NCBI GenBank assembly: GCA_963728205.1
Contig: CAVSIV010000002.1
Coordinates: forward strand, 416,001 to 480,000
Source: an uncultured Chloroflexia bacterium
GTDB lineage: Bacteria > Chloroflexota > Dehalococcoidia > UBA2979
Length of the DNA stretch: 64,000 nucleotides
Direction: 5' to 3'
The position numbers and the translations under genes were made by a program. Under the pieces are notes generated by a model, which was given only the letters and a program-made list of their open reading frames with translations, searched no databases and was not told the DNA's origin. Shown here piece after piece: positions 1 to 13,715 of the stretch (within the stretch, counting starts at the first letter, position 1; each line of letters begins with the position of its first letter).

Positions 1-656
1 GACCGCGTCGAGCGCGCGGACGACGTGCGTTGCGCCGCCGGCGCGCAGCTGTGCGTCCGACCGCTCGCCCACGAGCCCGACCACCCAGTGCAGCCCGGCG
101 TCGCGCCCGCAGCCCGTGTCGAACTCCGTGTCGCCGACGATCGCGGCCTCGACGGGCGCGACGCCGAGCCGGTCGAGCAGCAGCCGCGCGCCGTCGCCCG
201 CAGGCTTCGGCCGCCCGCCGGAGTCGCGGCCGGCGATCGCGTCGAAGACGTCGTCCCAGCCCTGGACCGCCACCATCTGCCGCCCGCCGGCGACGACCTT
301 GTTCGTGAGCACGGCGAGGCGCACGCCGGCGTCGTGGAGCCGATCGAGCAGGGCGCGTGCGCCGCGCATCGGCGGCGTGTGCTGGATGTAGTCGCCGTAG
401 TAGAGGCGCATGAAGTCGTCGTTGACGCGGTCGGCGACCTCGCGCGGGCAGCCGGTCATCTCCTCGACGAGCAGGTTCATCGGCGGGCCGATGCGCGGGA
501 TCACCGCCGCGGGCGCCACGTCGAACCCGTGCGCGTGCATGGCCTGCGCCATCGCCGCGGCCACCGTGGGCAGCGAGTCCACCAGGGTGCCGTCGAGATC
601 GAAGATCACGGCCCGGGGCGGCACGTGGCCGCCGGCGGCGCCCGGCGCCGCCGCGC

Positions 657-660
<4 letters not shown>
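1..660 (-). CDS. HAD-family hydrolase (phosphoglycolate phosphatase-like), 3' end runs off the window
   Basis: Manual minus-strand translation gives [13 protein letters not shown] (motif I), LTNK, KP and IVGDTEFD. The GTG start overlaps the carB stop (GTGA). It is absent from the ORF track because there is no stop in the window. Confidence 0.88.
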
Positions 661-3960
<3,300 letters not shown>

Positions 3961-4007
3961 GTACGGGGCCGCCGAGCCCTGGTATGACGCGGGCGAGTCA
4001 GTCGTGG

Positions 4008-4760
4008 TCAGTTGTGGTACCCCTTGCGATGGTCCGCGCCGAGGAGCGGGATCTCGGCGATGACGTCGATGTCGATGTAGTGGTCGTGCGGCTGGATCGG
4101 AAGCCGCGCCATCTTCATGTGCGTGAGCGGCACCTCGCCGACCTCGAAGTCGCGGTAGCGCTCCAGCACCTCGATCACGCGGCGGCGATCGCCGCGGCCG
4201 GTGAGATACCCGATGTCGATCGTGGGGATGAAGCGATCGCCCTCGGGGGTGAGCAACGGGTCGTCCTTGGCCTTTTGATGCACGACCGGCACACCGAGCC
4301 GGATCTGGCGCCGTGCCTCGCGGTAATTGCCGCCGTCGTCGACGCCGAGATAGATGCGCTCGTCGTCTGCGACGGAGACGCCGGCGAGCCGCAGCGAGAA
4401 CGGCTCGATGCGGCGCAGCCGCGGCGCCGCATTCACGTAGAACGACTCGACCTGCGACCAGAGGATGTCGACGGCGCGCAGGAACCCGACGCGCACGTAC
4501 GTGGTGTGCAGCCAGGACACCGGCGGGACGTCCACCTCGTCGAGCTCCGCCAGTTCCGCGAGCAGCGGCTGCAGCGGGTCGAACAGCGCCGGCGCCTCGG
4601 TACCGAGCGGCTGCAGGAACTCGACGGGGAACTTCCAGGAGAAGGACTCCTCCTCCCAGTGCGCCCAGTAGTCGGCCGGCGGGCCGGTGACGGCGACGAA
4701 CGCCGCCCAGTCCTGCGCGCGCTGCTCGGCGTAGGTCGTCGTCACGTCCGACGTCGTCAT
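4008..4760 (-). CDS. Hypothetical protein, degenerate 2H-phosphoesterase / 2'-5' RNA ligase-like fold
   Basis: Start MTTSDV overlaps the GNAT stop. WLHTT matches the first HxT motif; the second motif position reads FIPTID. Confidence 0.55.
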   Translation of the reverse strand: MTTSDVTTTYAEQRAQDWAAFVAVTGPPADYWAHWEEESFSWKFPVEFLQPLGTEAPALFDPLQPLLAELAELDEVDVPPVSWLHTTYVRVGFLRAVDILWSQVESFYVNAAPRLRRIEPFSLRLAGVSVADDERIYLGVDDGGNYREARRQIRLGVPVVHQKAKDDPLLTPEGDRFIPTIDIGYLTGRGDRRRVIEVLERYRDFEVGEVPLTHMKMARLPIQPHDHYIDIDVIAEIPLLGADHRKGYHN

Positions 4761-5230
4761 GCGGACTCCTCGCCGTTCTGGTAGATGGGGAGCTCGAAGA
4801 CGGTGCCCGGGCTCATCAGCGGCACGAGCGCGCCGATCGACGAGAGGAACGACAGCGCCGGCTCGTTGCGCTCGGGCAGGCGCGCGCGGATGCGCTTGTA
4901 GCCGTGCTGCCGCGCGAACGCGAGCGCCTCCTCGGCCAGCGCCGAGCCATGGCCCTGGCGGCGGTTCCGGGCGCGCACCCACGCGCCAAACGTGCTTTCC
5001 TCCGGCTTCGACGAGTCGAAGTCCATCGCGGCGAACGCGACGATGTGACGGCCGTCGTCGACCACGAACATCGCGCCGTGCTCACCCTGGCGCTTGATCC
5101 AGGCACGCACCTCGTCGGGCGTCCATTCGCGCTGGAAGCCGACGGGGTTCGGCTCGGCGACGACCCCCGCGATGATCTCGGCGATCTGCTCGGCGTCGTC
5201 GGGCGTGGCGCGGCGGATGGTTGCGGGCAT
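4757..5230 (-). CDS. GNAT N-acetyltransferase
   Basis: [27 protein letters not shown] (acetyl-CoA motif A) and NEPALSF. Confidence 0.88.
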   Translation of the reverse strand: MPATIRRATPDDAEQIAEIIAGVVAEPNPVGFQREWTPDEVRAWIKRQGEHGAMFVVDDGRHIVAFAAMDFDSSKPEESTFGAWVRARNRRQGHGSALAEEALAFARQHGYKRIRARLPERNEPALSFLSSIGALVPLMSPGTVFELPIYQNGEESA

Positions 5231-5274
5231 CGGTCGCTCTTTCGGGTGCGAGGCGTGGGTGGTCCCGGGGCGGG

Positions 5275-6452
5275 CTACTGGCGGGCCGCCGGACGGCGTT
5301 CCCACTCGGATACTAGCGTCGCCATGAACCGGTCGAACAGGAACTCGGTGTCGTTCGGCCCGGGCGACGCCTCCGAGTGGTACTGGATGGTGAAGACGGG
5401 CTCGGAGCGATGCTGGAGCCCCTCGACCGTGCCGTCGTTGAGATGGACCTGGCTGACGTCGATGTCCGCGCCGAGCCCGGTGCCGTCGATGGCATATCCG
5501 TGGTTCTGCGCCGTGATGTAGACGCGGCCGGTGACCTCGTCGCGGACCGGGTGGTTCGCGCCGCGATGGCCGAACTTCAGCTTGTAGCACGACGCGCCGA
5601 ACACGCGCCCGAGCACCTGGTGGCCGAGGCAGAATCCCCATCAGCGGCGTGCGGCCGACGAGGTCCCGCGCGCTGTCGACCACGTGGTCGAGCAGCATCG
5701 GATCGCCGGGGCCGGGCGAGAGCAGCACGCCGTCGGGGCGCAGCGCCAGGATGTCGCCGGCGGTGGTGGTGTGCGGGACGGCGGTCACGGTCGCTCCGCG
5801 GTTGCGCAGCAGCCGCATGATGTTGCGCTTGACGCCGAGGTCGACGACGACGACGTGCGGCGCAGGGCCGATAGCGCCGGGCGGCGTCGCGGGCGGGATC
5901 GTCCACGGACGGTCGTCCTCGAAGTCGAACGGTGCCGGTGTCGAGACCTCGTGCACGTAGTCGAGCCCGCCGTAGTCGGGCTCCCGGCGCAGCCGCGCGA
6001 GCGCCTGCTCCGCCGGTCTCGTCCGCGGTGATCGTGCCCATCACGACGCCCTGCGACCGCAGGTGGCGGGTCAGCGCGCGCGTATCGACTCCGGCGATCC
6101 CGGGGATGCCGTTGGCCTTGAGGTACTCGTCGAGCGTGTGCTCGCTGCGCCAGTGCGACGGCAGGTCGGTGAGCTCGCGCACGACGAACCCGCGGACCTG
6201 GACGACGCGCGACTCGTCGGTGTAGCGGTTCGTGCCGTAGTTGCCCTGCAGCGGGTAGGTCATCGTGAGGATCTGCCCACGGTAGGAAGGGTCGGTGAGG
6301 CCCTCCTGGTAACCGGTCATCGAGGTGTTGAACACGACCTCGCCGGTGGCGTGCGCGGCGGCGCCGATGGCGTTGCCCTCGAAGACGCGGCCGTCGGCCA
6401 GCACCAGGCGCGCTGTCGGTCGCTGTGGGGACAGGTAGCGGGTGTCCGGCAT
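5275..6452 (-). CDS. carA: Carbamoyl-phosphate synthase small subunit, two +1 frameshifts (near 6015 and 5632)
   Basis: GEVVFNTSMTGYQE, LSPGPGDP, G(I)CLGHQ across a frameshift, FGHRGANHPV, QNHGYA and QYHSEASPGP. Confidence 0.94.
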
Positions 6453-7795
6453 CAGAGCGCGACCGCCCGTTCCGTCTGGTACACGATCGTTCCTCCCAGC
6501 ACCGTGGCCACCACGCGGCCGCGCAGCGCGCGGCCGGCGAGCGGCGTGTTTCGTCCGCGCGACGCGAAGGTCGCCGGGTCGACCGTCCACTCCGCGTCGG
6601 GGTCGAGCAGGACCACGTCGCCGAGCGCTCCCGGCGCGAGCGTCCCGAGCCCGTCCAGCCCCGGCCGCCGGTCGAGCCCCCAGGCGCGCACCGGACCGGC
6701 CGTCATGCGTTCGAGCAGCACCGGCAGCGAGAGCGCACCGGCGTGCACGAGCCTCATCGACAGCCCGAAGGCGGTCTCCAGTCCGCTGATCCCCGCCGCG
6801 GCGAGGTCGAACTCGATGTCCTTGTCGATCGCGGCGTGCGGCGCGTGGTCGGTCGCGATGGCGTCGATCACGCCGTCGCGCAGCGCCTGCTGCAGCGCCT
6901 CGAGATCGGACTCCTCGCGCAGCGGCGGGTTCACCTTCGCGTTCGTCTGGTAGAGCAGCTCCGCGTACGAGTCGCCGAACGCGACCTCCTCGTGGGTGAG
7001 CGCGAGGTGGTGCGGGGTGACCTCCGCGGTGACGTGCGCGCCGCGCTCGCGCGCCGCGCGGATCAGCGCAACGGAGCCGGCGGTGGAGACGTGGCAGATG
7101 TGCAGGTGCGCACCGGTGAGCTCCGCGAGCGCGATGTCGCGCGCGACGAACGTCTCCTCGGCGCTGGCGGGGCGGCCGCGCAGGCCGAGCCGCGTGGCGA
7201 CCCAGCCCTCGTGCATCTGGCCGTCGCGCACCAGGCGCGGGTCCTCGCAGTGCTGCGCGACGGGCAGCGCGAAGCGCGTCGAGTACTCGAGCGCGTGGCG
7301 CATCAGGCTGGGGTCGGCGACGGCGTCGCCGTCGTCGGACAGCGCGACCACGCCGGCGCCCGCGAGCTCGCCGGCGGGCGCCAGTTCCTTGCCGGCGCGG
7401 CCGTGCGTGATGCAGCCGATCGGCAGCACGCGTACGCGCGCCGAGGCCTCGGCCTCGCGCAGCACCGACTCCACCGCCGCGCGACTGTCGAGCGGCGGCT
7501 GCGTGTTCGGCATCGCGCAGACGGTGGTGAAGCCGCCACGCGCGGCCGCCTCGGTGCCGGTCGCGATCGTCTCCTTGTACTCGAAGCCCGGCTCGCGCAG
7601 GTGCGTGTGCAAATCGACGAAGCCGGGCGCCACGACGAGCCCGCTCGCGTCGATGCGCTCCGCCTCGACGACCATGTCGCCCTCGTCGGGGCCGACACGC
7701 GCGATGCGCCCGTCGACGATCACGACGTCGGCGATGCCGTCGCGCCCGAGGGCCGGGTCGATCACCCGGCCGTTGTGAATGGCGAGCGTGCTCAT
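6452..7795 (-). CDS. pyrC: Dihydroorotase (type I)
   Basis: PGFVDLHTHLREPG, MPNT, KVNPPLR and ATDHAPH; position in the pyr operon. Confidence 0.96.
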   Translation of the reverse strand: MSTLAIHNGRVIDPALGRDGIADVVIVDGRIARVGPDEGDMVVEAERIDASGLVVAPGFVDLHTHLREPGFEYKETIATGTEAAARGGFTTVCAMPNTQPPLDSRAAVESVLREAEASARVRVLPIGCITHGRAGKELAPAGELAGAGVVALSDDGDAVADPSLMRHALEYSTRFALPVAQHCEDPRLVRDGQMHEGWVATRLGLRGRPASAEETFVARDIALAELTGAHLHICHVSTAGSVALIRAARERGAHVTAEVTPHHLALTHEEVAFGDSYAELLYQTNAKVNPPLREESDLEALQQALRDGVIDAIATDHAPHAAIDKDIEFDLAAAGISGLETAFGLSMRLVHAGALSLPVLLERMTAGPVRAWGLDRRPGLDGLGTLAPGALGDVVLLDPDAEWTVDPATFASRGRNTPLAGRALRGRVVATVLGGTIVYQTERAVAL

Positions 7796-8898
7796 CGCGC
7801 GTGCTCCTCGTCCTGGCGCGCAGCGGCCGGGCCACCGGGGAGCTCGGTGCCGCCGGACAGCAGGTAGAGCAGCGCCATGCGCACCGCGACGCCGTTCGTC
7901 ACCTGCTCCTCGATGATCGAGTGCGACCCGCGCGCGACCGCGCCCGAGATCTCGATGCCCTCGTTCTTGGGGCCGGGGTGCATCAGCAGGTGGTTGGGAT
8001 TGGCGCGTGCCAGCCGCTCCTCGGTGACCTGGTAGTGCTGTGCGTACTCGTGCAGCGAGGGCAGCAGCCCGCCCTCCTGCCGCTCGCTCTGCAGGCGCAG
8101 CGCCATCACGACGTCGGCGCCCTCGATGGCGCGATCGGCGTCGGTCTCGATGCGCACGGGCGGGAGCGCGCTCTCGGCGTGCGCCGGCCGATCGGCGACG
8201 CGCAGGCCGCGCGGCAGCAGCGTGGGCGGACCGCAGACGACGACGTCGGCGCCCATCGCGGCGAGCCCCCAGAGGTCGGAGCGGGCGACGCGCGAGTGCG
8301 CGATGTCGCCGACCATCACCACGCGCTTGCCGTCGAGCTCGCCGACGTGCCGGCGCATGGTGTAGAGGTCGAGCAGCGCCTGGGTGGGGTGGGCGTGCGC
8401 GCCGTCGCCGGCGTTGATGATCGACGCGTCGGTGTGCGTCGCGGCGAGGTACGGCGCGCCGGCCATGGCGTGGCGCATCACGATCGCGTCGGCGCGCATC
8501 GCGCGCATTGTGCGCACGGTGTCGATCAGCGACTCGCCCTTGACGACGGACGACGTGCTGGCGTTGAGGCTGAGCACGTCGGCGCCGAGCACCTTGCCGG
8601 CGAGCTCGAACGACGCGCGGGTGCGGGTCGACGGCTCGTAGAAGAGGTTGACCACCGTGAAGCCGCGCAGCGCCGGCACGCGGGCGATGCGGCGGTCGAG
8701 GATCTCGCGCATGCGGTCGGCGAGGTCGAGCACCGTCACGATTTCGTCGCGCGAGAAGTTGTCGAGGTCGAGGACGTCGGTGTGCGTCCATGTGATGTGC
8801 CGCGAGCTCGCGGTCTCGCGGGCGTCGCGCGGCGGTTCGGCGGCGGAGGCGCCCGTCGCCTCCGCCGCGAGCTGACCGGTGAGGTTCGTTGTCATCAC
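7792..8898 (-). CDS. pyrB: Aspartate carbamoyltransferase catalytic subunit
   Basis: [20 protein letters not shown] and MHPGP. Confidence 0.97.
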   Translation of the reverse strand: MMTTNLTGQLAAEATGASAAEPPRDARETASSRHITWTHTDVLDLDNFSRDEIVTVLDLADRMREILDRRIARVPALRGFTVVNLFYEPSTRTRASFELAGKVLGADVLSLNASTSSVVKGESLIDTVRTMRAMRADAIVMRHAMAGAPYLAATHTDASIINAGDGAHAHPTQALLDLYTMRRHVGELDGKRVVMVGDIAHSRVARSDLWGLAAMGADVVVCGPPTLLPRGLRVADRPAHAESALPPVRIETDADRAIEGADVVMALRLQSERQEGGLLPSLHEYAQHYQVTEERLARANPNHLLMHPGPKNEGIEISGAVARGSHSIIEEQVTNGVAVRMALLYLLSGGTELPGGPAAARQDEEHAR

Positions 8899-9437
8899 TC
8901 GATCCTCCCGCGGACGACCTCGACCGCGTCGCGGCCGTCCTCTTCCTGCAGCAGCACGCGCACGTCGTCGGCCCGCGAGGTGGGGATGTTCTTGCCGACG
9001 AGGTCCGCTCGGATGGGGAGCTCGCGGTGGCCCCGGTCGACCAGCACCGCGAGGCGAATCACGGCCGGCCGGCCGTAGTCGTTGAGGGTGTCCATCGCCG
9101 CCCGGGTGGTGCGACCGGTGTAGAGCACGTCGTCGACGAGGAAGACGACCTTGCCCTCAATCTCGGGCAGGGTCGTGGGGCGCGGCGCCTGGCGCAGGCC
9201 GGCGCGCGTGAAGTCGTCGCGGTGCATGGTGACGTCGAGCGCGCCGGTCGCCGGGCGGCGGCCCTCAAACGCCTCGATGGCGTCGGCGAGCCGGTTGGCG
9301 AGCGTGACGCCGCGGCTCTGGATGCCGACCAGCACGACGTCGTCGATGCCGCGGTTCTGCTCGACGACCTCGTGGGCGAGGCGCGTGAGCGCGCGGCGCA
9401 TGCCATCGGCGTCGAGCACGAGGGTGGCGTCAGTCAT
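8895..9437 (-). CDS. pyrR: Pyr operon attenuation regulator / uracil phosphoribosyltransferase
   Basis: [11 protein letters not shown] and [14 protein letters not shown]. Confidence 0.96.
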   Translation of the reverse strand: MTDATLVLDADGMRRALTRLAHEVVEQNRGIDDVVLVGIQSRGVTLANRLADAIEAFEGRRPATGALDVTMHRDDFTRAGLRQAPRPTTLPEIEGKVVFLVDDVLYTGRTTRAAMDTLNDYGRPAVIRLAVLVDRGHRELPIRADLVGKNIPTSRADDVRVLLQEEDGRDAVEVVRGRIE

Positions 9438-9468
9438 GGCCGACGCTCCCGGGGGCGACGCCGACGCC

Positions 9469-9500
9469 ACAAAAAACCCTCCCACGGGAGAGGGAGGGTT
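9469..9500 (-). terminator. Intrinsic (attenuator) terminator in the pyrR leader
   Basis: Minus strand reads AACCCTCCC-TCTCCCGT-GGGAGGGTT-TTTTGT, a GC stem followed by a U tract, about 30 nt upstream of pyrR. Confidence 0.85.
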
Positions 9501-9560
9501 CGTCGCGATGGCGGGTCCCGCGGTGCGCGGGGGCGTAGTGGCAGGTCACCGAATCTGCGT

Positions 9561-9594
9561 CCTTCCCGGCCTCACGGGACCGGCTTAAAGACAC
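9561..9594 (-). promoter_or_regulatory. PyrR-binding RNA stem-loop (anti-antiterminator)
   Basis: Minus strand GTCTTTAAGCCGGTCCCGTGAGGCCGGGAAGG fits the CUUUAA...RGUCCNGNGAGGYY consensus and lies upstream of the terminator. Confidence 0.88.
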
Positions 9595-9690
9595 GCGCTG
9601 TGTCGTTGGATGCAGGATAGCACCGGCCGCGAGGAGGGGCAAAACGGGGCGGCCGCTCGCCGCCCGCGCGCCGGTTGCGGTGGAGCCCGC

Positions 9691-10596
9691 CTACGCCTCG
9701 TCGGTGCCGCGCTGCTCGCGCAGGAAGCGCTCCAGCTCGTCGACCATCGTTTGCGCGTCGGGGAGGTCCTCCGGCGGACCGCCGGCGCTGTCGACGTCGT
9801 CGCCATCGTCGTCTTCCTCGTCCGGCCCGGCCGCCTCAATCCGCCGTGCGTACTCGGCGACCTCGGGGTTCTGCGCGATGTCCGAGGCGACCTGCGCGTC
9901 GAAGCGCGCGGCGAAGACCTCGAGGTCGTGCAGCGTGAGGCCGAACTCGAAGCCGTGGTTGATGCGCTCGAGCAGCGCGAGCGCGCCCTTCGGGTTCGGC
10001 GAGCGACGCACGTAGAAGGGGATGTTGGCCCACACCGAGCCGCTGGGGATGCCGGCGTCGCGCACGGCCTGCGAGAGCACGCCGGTGATGCCGGTCGGTC
10101 CCTGGTAGCGGCTGCCCGCCGAGCCGAGCGAGAGCCGGGCGGCCAGGCTCTCGTCGGTGCTGCTGCCGGTGACGCGCACCGCGCGTGAGTGGCTGACCTC
10201 GGCGAGCAGAGCGCCGAGCGTGAGGAATCCCGACACCTCGTAGGTGCGACACAGCTCGAGCACGCAGTCGACGTACGTGCGCCACGCGAGGTGCGGCTCG
10301 GTGCCGGAGAGCAAGATCACGTCGCGATCGGCGTCCTCGATGCGGCGCGCCGAGAACTCGTTCGGCGGCCAGTCGAGCACGCGCTCGCCGCGCTCGAGGC
10401 GCACGCGCGGGCGGGACTGCGTGAAGTCGTAGAAGTTCTCGGCATCGATCTCCGCGAACGGCTTGAGCCGCCACCGCCGCGACATGAAGCGAACCGCGCT
10501 GGTCGCAGCCTCGCCCGCGTCGCTCCAGCCCGAGAAGGCCGCGATCAGGATCGGTCGCCGCAGCTCGGGACGCTCCTTGAAGACGAGGTCGCTCAT
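9691..10596 (-). CDS. PAC2-family (proteasome assembly chaperone-like) protein
   Basis: AFSGWSDAGEAA, FYDFTQSRP, GTEPHLAW and YQGPTGI. Confidence 0.9.
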   Translation of the reverse strand: MSDLVFKERPELRRPILIAAFSGWSDAGEAATSAVRFMSRRWRLKPFAEIDAENFYDFTQSRPRVRLERGERVLDWPPNEFSARRIEDADRDVILLSGTEPHLAWRTYVDCVLELCRTYEVSGFLTLGALLAEVSHSRAVRVTGSSTDESLAARLSLGSAGSRYQGPTGITGVLSQAVRDAGIPSGSVWANIPFYVRRSPNPKGALALLERINHGFEFGLTLHDLEVFAARFDAQVASDIAQNPEVAEYARRIEAAGPDEEDDDGDDVDSAGGPPEDLPDAQTMVDELERFLREQRGTDEA

Positions 10597-10623
10597 GTCG
10601 CCAGCATAAGCGGTCGGGGCGAG

Positions 10624-10699
10624 CGTGGTTCGACTGCGCTCACCACGAACGGGGCGTGCTCACCACGAACGGGGGCGCTCAACGCAAACGGCGGCGCTC
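10624..10699. repeat. Short palindromic / tandem REP-like repeat
   Basis: GCTCACCACGAACGGGG occurs twice plus a degenerate third copy; CGTGGT...ACCACG forms a hairpin. Confidence 0.55.
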
Positions 10700-10805
10700 G
10701 CCGCTCGCGGAGGTGTCGACGCGAACGGATCGGCCATCGGGCGAGCGGAGCGCGTCCCGCTTCCGACAGCGTGCGGGAGCCGGCCCGGCGAGCGCGCGCC
10801 CGGCG

Positions 10806-11996
10806 TCAGACGTCGAGGGCCGCGAGGTCGAGGCGAGACAGCGAGGGGCCGGCGCGCTGGACGGCGCGGTCAATCAGCTCGACGCCGCGCTCGTGCGAGA
10901 GGTCGAGCGCGCCGAGCAGGAACGCTCCCTGCATCGCAAGCCATGCCTGCGCGAGCGTGTAGTCGCGCCGACAGTCGTCCCAGGCGTAGTCGCGCACCCC
11001 GCCGGCGACGAGCTCGTCGTAGTAGGTGCGCAGGAGCCCGTCCTCGGCGGCGTCGGCATGCTCGGGCGCGAGGTTCGGGCGGAGGAAATAGGCGACGTCA
11101 ATCATCGCGTTGCCGATGCGCAGCCCCTGGAAGTCGATGACCGTGACGCCGCCGGGGTCGTCCGCGCAGCCGGCGTCGAAGAACAGGTTGTCGAGGCGGT
11201 AGTCGCCATGCAGCAGCGTGTACGGCGGCCGGGCGAAGCGCTGCAGCATGCGCCGGCCGTTGTGGTCGAGCCAGCGGCCAATCGCGTCGACGTTTGTGAC
11301 GGCGGCCCGGTAGCGCTCGGTGAACAGCGGCCAGGTGCGCTTGCAGAGGCCGAGCACCAGCGGGGCATCGACGTCGATGGCGCGCAGCCACGGCCGCTCG
11401 AGCAGCGGGCTGTTCCACATGCCGGCGTGGAAGCGCGCGAGCGCCCGCAACGCGGCACGCGCCTGCACGACGTCGCACCCCGCGACCTGGTCGCCCACCT
11501 GCGAGGCGTCCAGGTCCTCGATCAGCAGCGCGTAGGCGCGGTTGCTCTTCGCGGCCGCGTTGCGCAGCGGGTTGAGCAGCGCCATCGTCACGGCGCCGGG
11601 GAGGCGTGCGAGCGCCCAGGAGACGGCGCGCGACGAGCCGGGCTCGGGGTCGAAGCCGGCGTAGTAGAGGCGCGGGACGCGGACGGGCACGCGGTCGGCC
11701 AGCTCGCGGTAGAAGCGGATCTCGGTCTCGTAGAGGCCGGCGACCACGCCGAACCCGCGGTTCTGCGCGATCGGCGAGGGGAACTTGCCGACGAGCGACG
11801 CCGGCGCGCCGTTCTCGGCGCGGTCGTACTGGAGCCGTATGCGCGCGAGCTGGCCGATGAAGCCGACGCCCTCGCCGAGGACCTTCCAGTCGAAGCTCGT
11901 GACCGCTGCCTGCTCGAGCGAGCCACCGGCGCGGAGCGCCTCCGTGAGCCACTCCGAACCGACGTCTGCGAGGGTCATCGGCAGTCGCGTCGTCAT
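10806..11996 (-). CDS. Aminoglycoside-phosphotransferase / EcKinase-like kinase
   Basis: TLLHGDYRLDNLFF and VIDFQ kinase motifs. Confidence 0.88.
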   Translation of the reverse strand: MTTRLPMTLADVGSEWLTEALRAGGSLEQAAVTSFDWKVLGEGVGFIGQLARIRLQYDRAENGAPASLVGKFPSPIAQNRGFGVVAGLYETEIRFYRELADRVPVRVPRLYYAGFDPEPGSSRAVSWALARLPGAVTMALLNPLRNAAAKSNRAYALLIEDLDASQVGDQVAGCDVVQARAALRALARFHAGMWNSPLLERPWLRAIDVDAPLVLGLCKRTWPLFTERYRAAVTNVDAIGRWLDHNGRRMLQRFARPPYTLLHGDYRLDNLFFDAGCADDPGGVTVIDFQGLRIGNAMIDVAYFLRPNLAPEHADAAEDGLLRTYYDELVAGGVRDYAWDDCRRDYTLAQAWLAMQGAFLLGALDLSHERGVELIDRAVQRAGPSLSRLDLAALDV

Positions 11997-12126
11997 GGCC
12001 CGCTCGCTCTCGCTGCCCGGGCCGCTCGTGGCAGGGCCCGTCGTGTTCGCGGCACTATAACGGCGCGAAACCCGGCCCGCCAGCTTATCCGTGACATAAG
12101 ACTTCGGCTGGCAGGGCCGCTGCCTC

Positions 12127-12162
12127 TTGACGAGATGTCTTTGTGGTGTCACTGTGACACCA
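12127..12162 (+). promoter_or_regulatory. Putative sigma70-type promoter with a perfect palindromic operator
   Basis: TTGACG-17 nt-CACTGT, overlapped by the 9-1-9 palindrome TGGTGTCAC-T-GTGACACCA (12144-12162). Confidence 0.6.
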
Positions 12163-12239
12163 ACATGTGAAGCAGGGTGCGAGCCGACCCGGGTCCCCCC
12201 AGCCTAACCCGTGCGCGGCGCGCCGAGGAGTCCACACCG

Positions 12240-12737
12240 ATGCGAATCCAGGTCGACGACGTCTTCAAGGCCTTCGACGGCGCTCTCGCGCTGATCGAGG
12301 ACGAGCGCCAACGCCAGACCTTCGAGCGGGTGCTCGCCGCGAGCCGCGATTCCGTGCAGCGCGCCATCGGCGACCTCGTGCGGCAGGTCGTCGACGACGT
12401 GAACGAGGTCGCCGGCGGCGTGCTCGCACTCGAGCTCGTCTACCAGCCGGACGGCCTCGAGGTGCGCGCCTCGACCGCCTCGCTCGAGGAGCCAATCGAG
12501 GACGAGGCGGCCTTCGGGTTCGACGCCGAGGACGTCGATCGCCTCACGCTGCGGCTCCCGGCGGAACTGAAGGACATCGCCGCGGCGGCGGCGGAGCAGG
12601 CCGGCATCTCGCTGAACACGTGGCTGACGCGCCTGGTGACGCGCGAGGCCGTGCAACGCACGCGCGGTCGCGGTCGCGCGCCGCGGGCGCAGCGCAGCGG
12701 CTCGAGTCAGAGCCTGAAGGGGTGGATCGGCGGCTAG
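12240..12737 (+). CDS. Ribbon-helix-helix (HicB-like) DNA-binding protein
   Basis: RLTLRLPAELKDIAAAAAEQAGISLNTWL and a C-terminal LKGWIGG; GAGGAG RBS. Confidence 0.78.
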   Translation: MRIQVDDVFKAFDGALALIEDERQRQTFERVLAASRDSVQRAIGDLVRQVVDDVNEVAGGVLALELVYQPDGLEVRASTASLEEPIEDEAAFGFDAEDVDRLTLRLPAELKDIAAAAAEQAGISLNTWLTRLVTREAVQRTRGRGRAPRAQRSGSSQSLKGWIGG

Positions 12738-12753
12738 GCCCGTCGCACAAACC

Positions 12754-13675
12754 ATGCAGTACTACCGCACGATTGAGCGGACCTTCCGCGCGGGCGACCG
12801 GCCCGCCCTCAAGGTCTCGAACCGCCGCGGCGAGCTGATCGTCGTCGGCGAGGACCGCGACGACATCGCGTTCACGGCGCAGCTGTCCGTGCAGGCCGAC
12901 GACGAGGGCGCCGGCAACGAGCAGCTCGACCGCATCGGTCTCCCCATGAACGAGGCGGACGGCCGCGTCGAGATCGGACCACCCCAGTATGACGAGAGCG
13001 CGTTCTCCGGTATGACGCTGTTCGGCTTCCGCGTGCCGATGAGCTTTGGGTTCGGCACGCGCGTCGACATGCAGGTGCGCGTGCCGCGCGGCTGCACGGT
13101 GGAGGCGCTGAACCGCGCGGGCACGCTGCGCGTGACGGGGATCGAGGCGAAGGTCGCGCTCGATGCCCGCTCCGGCCGCGTCGAGCTGCGCGACGTCGGC
13201 GGGCCGGCGCACGTCGACGCACGCAGTGGGACGGTCGAGGTGCAGGACGTGCGCGGCGACGTCGAGGTCGACTCGCGGTCCGGCAAGGTCGAGATCGAGG
13301 ATGTCGGCGGCGCGCTGCGCGTCGCGAGCCGCTCGGGCACGGTGAACGTGCGCAAGGTGGGCGGCCGGGTCGCCGTCGAGAGTCGGTCCGGGCGCGTGCG
13401 CTTCGAGGACGTGGCCGGGCCGATTCGAGCTCGTGTCGGCGTCGGGCAGCGTGGAGTTCCGCGGCCGCGTCGCGCAGCCGATCTCGATGGAGGTGACGGC
13501 CGGCTCGGTGCGCCTCGCCGTGAGCCGCGACTCCGGGTTCTTCCTCGACGCGGAATCGCGCGCGGGCTCGGTGCGCTCCGAGCTGCCGGTTGGGTACCTC
13601 GAGCGTCCGCCGAAGGATGCGCCGACGGTGCGCGTGCGCACGCAGAGCGGCACGATCCGCGTGGTCGCGCTCTAG
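12754..13675 (+). CDS. DUF4097 beta-strand-repeat protein, +1 frameshift near 13425
   Basis: Repeated xSRSGxV units continue in ORF 13433..13675 (SASGSV, TAGSV, SRAGSV, TQSGTI). Confidence 0.82.
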
Positions 13676-13715
13676 CTGCAGGCGGTTCGGGGTTCGAGCG
13701 GCTGGGGGCCGTGCG

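Noticed and set aside
10638-10699. Possible mini-CRISPR array
   Set aside because: The repeats are directly adjacent without spacers, and there are no cas genes.
12240-12737. HicAB toxin-antitoxin system
   Set aside because: There is no HicA-like toxin gene adjacent.
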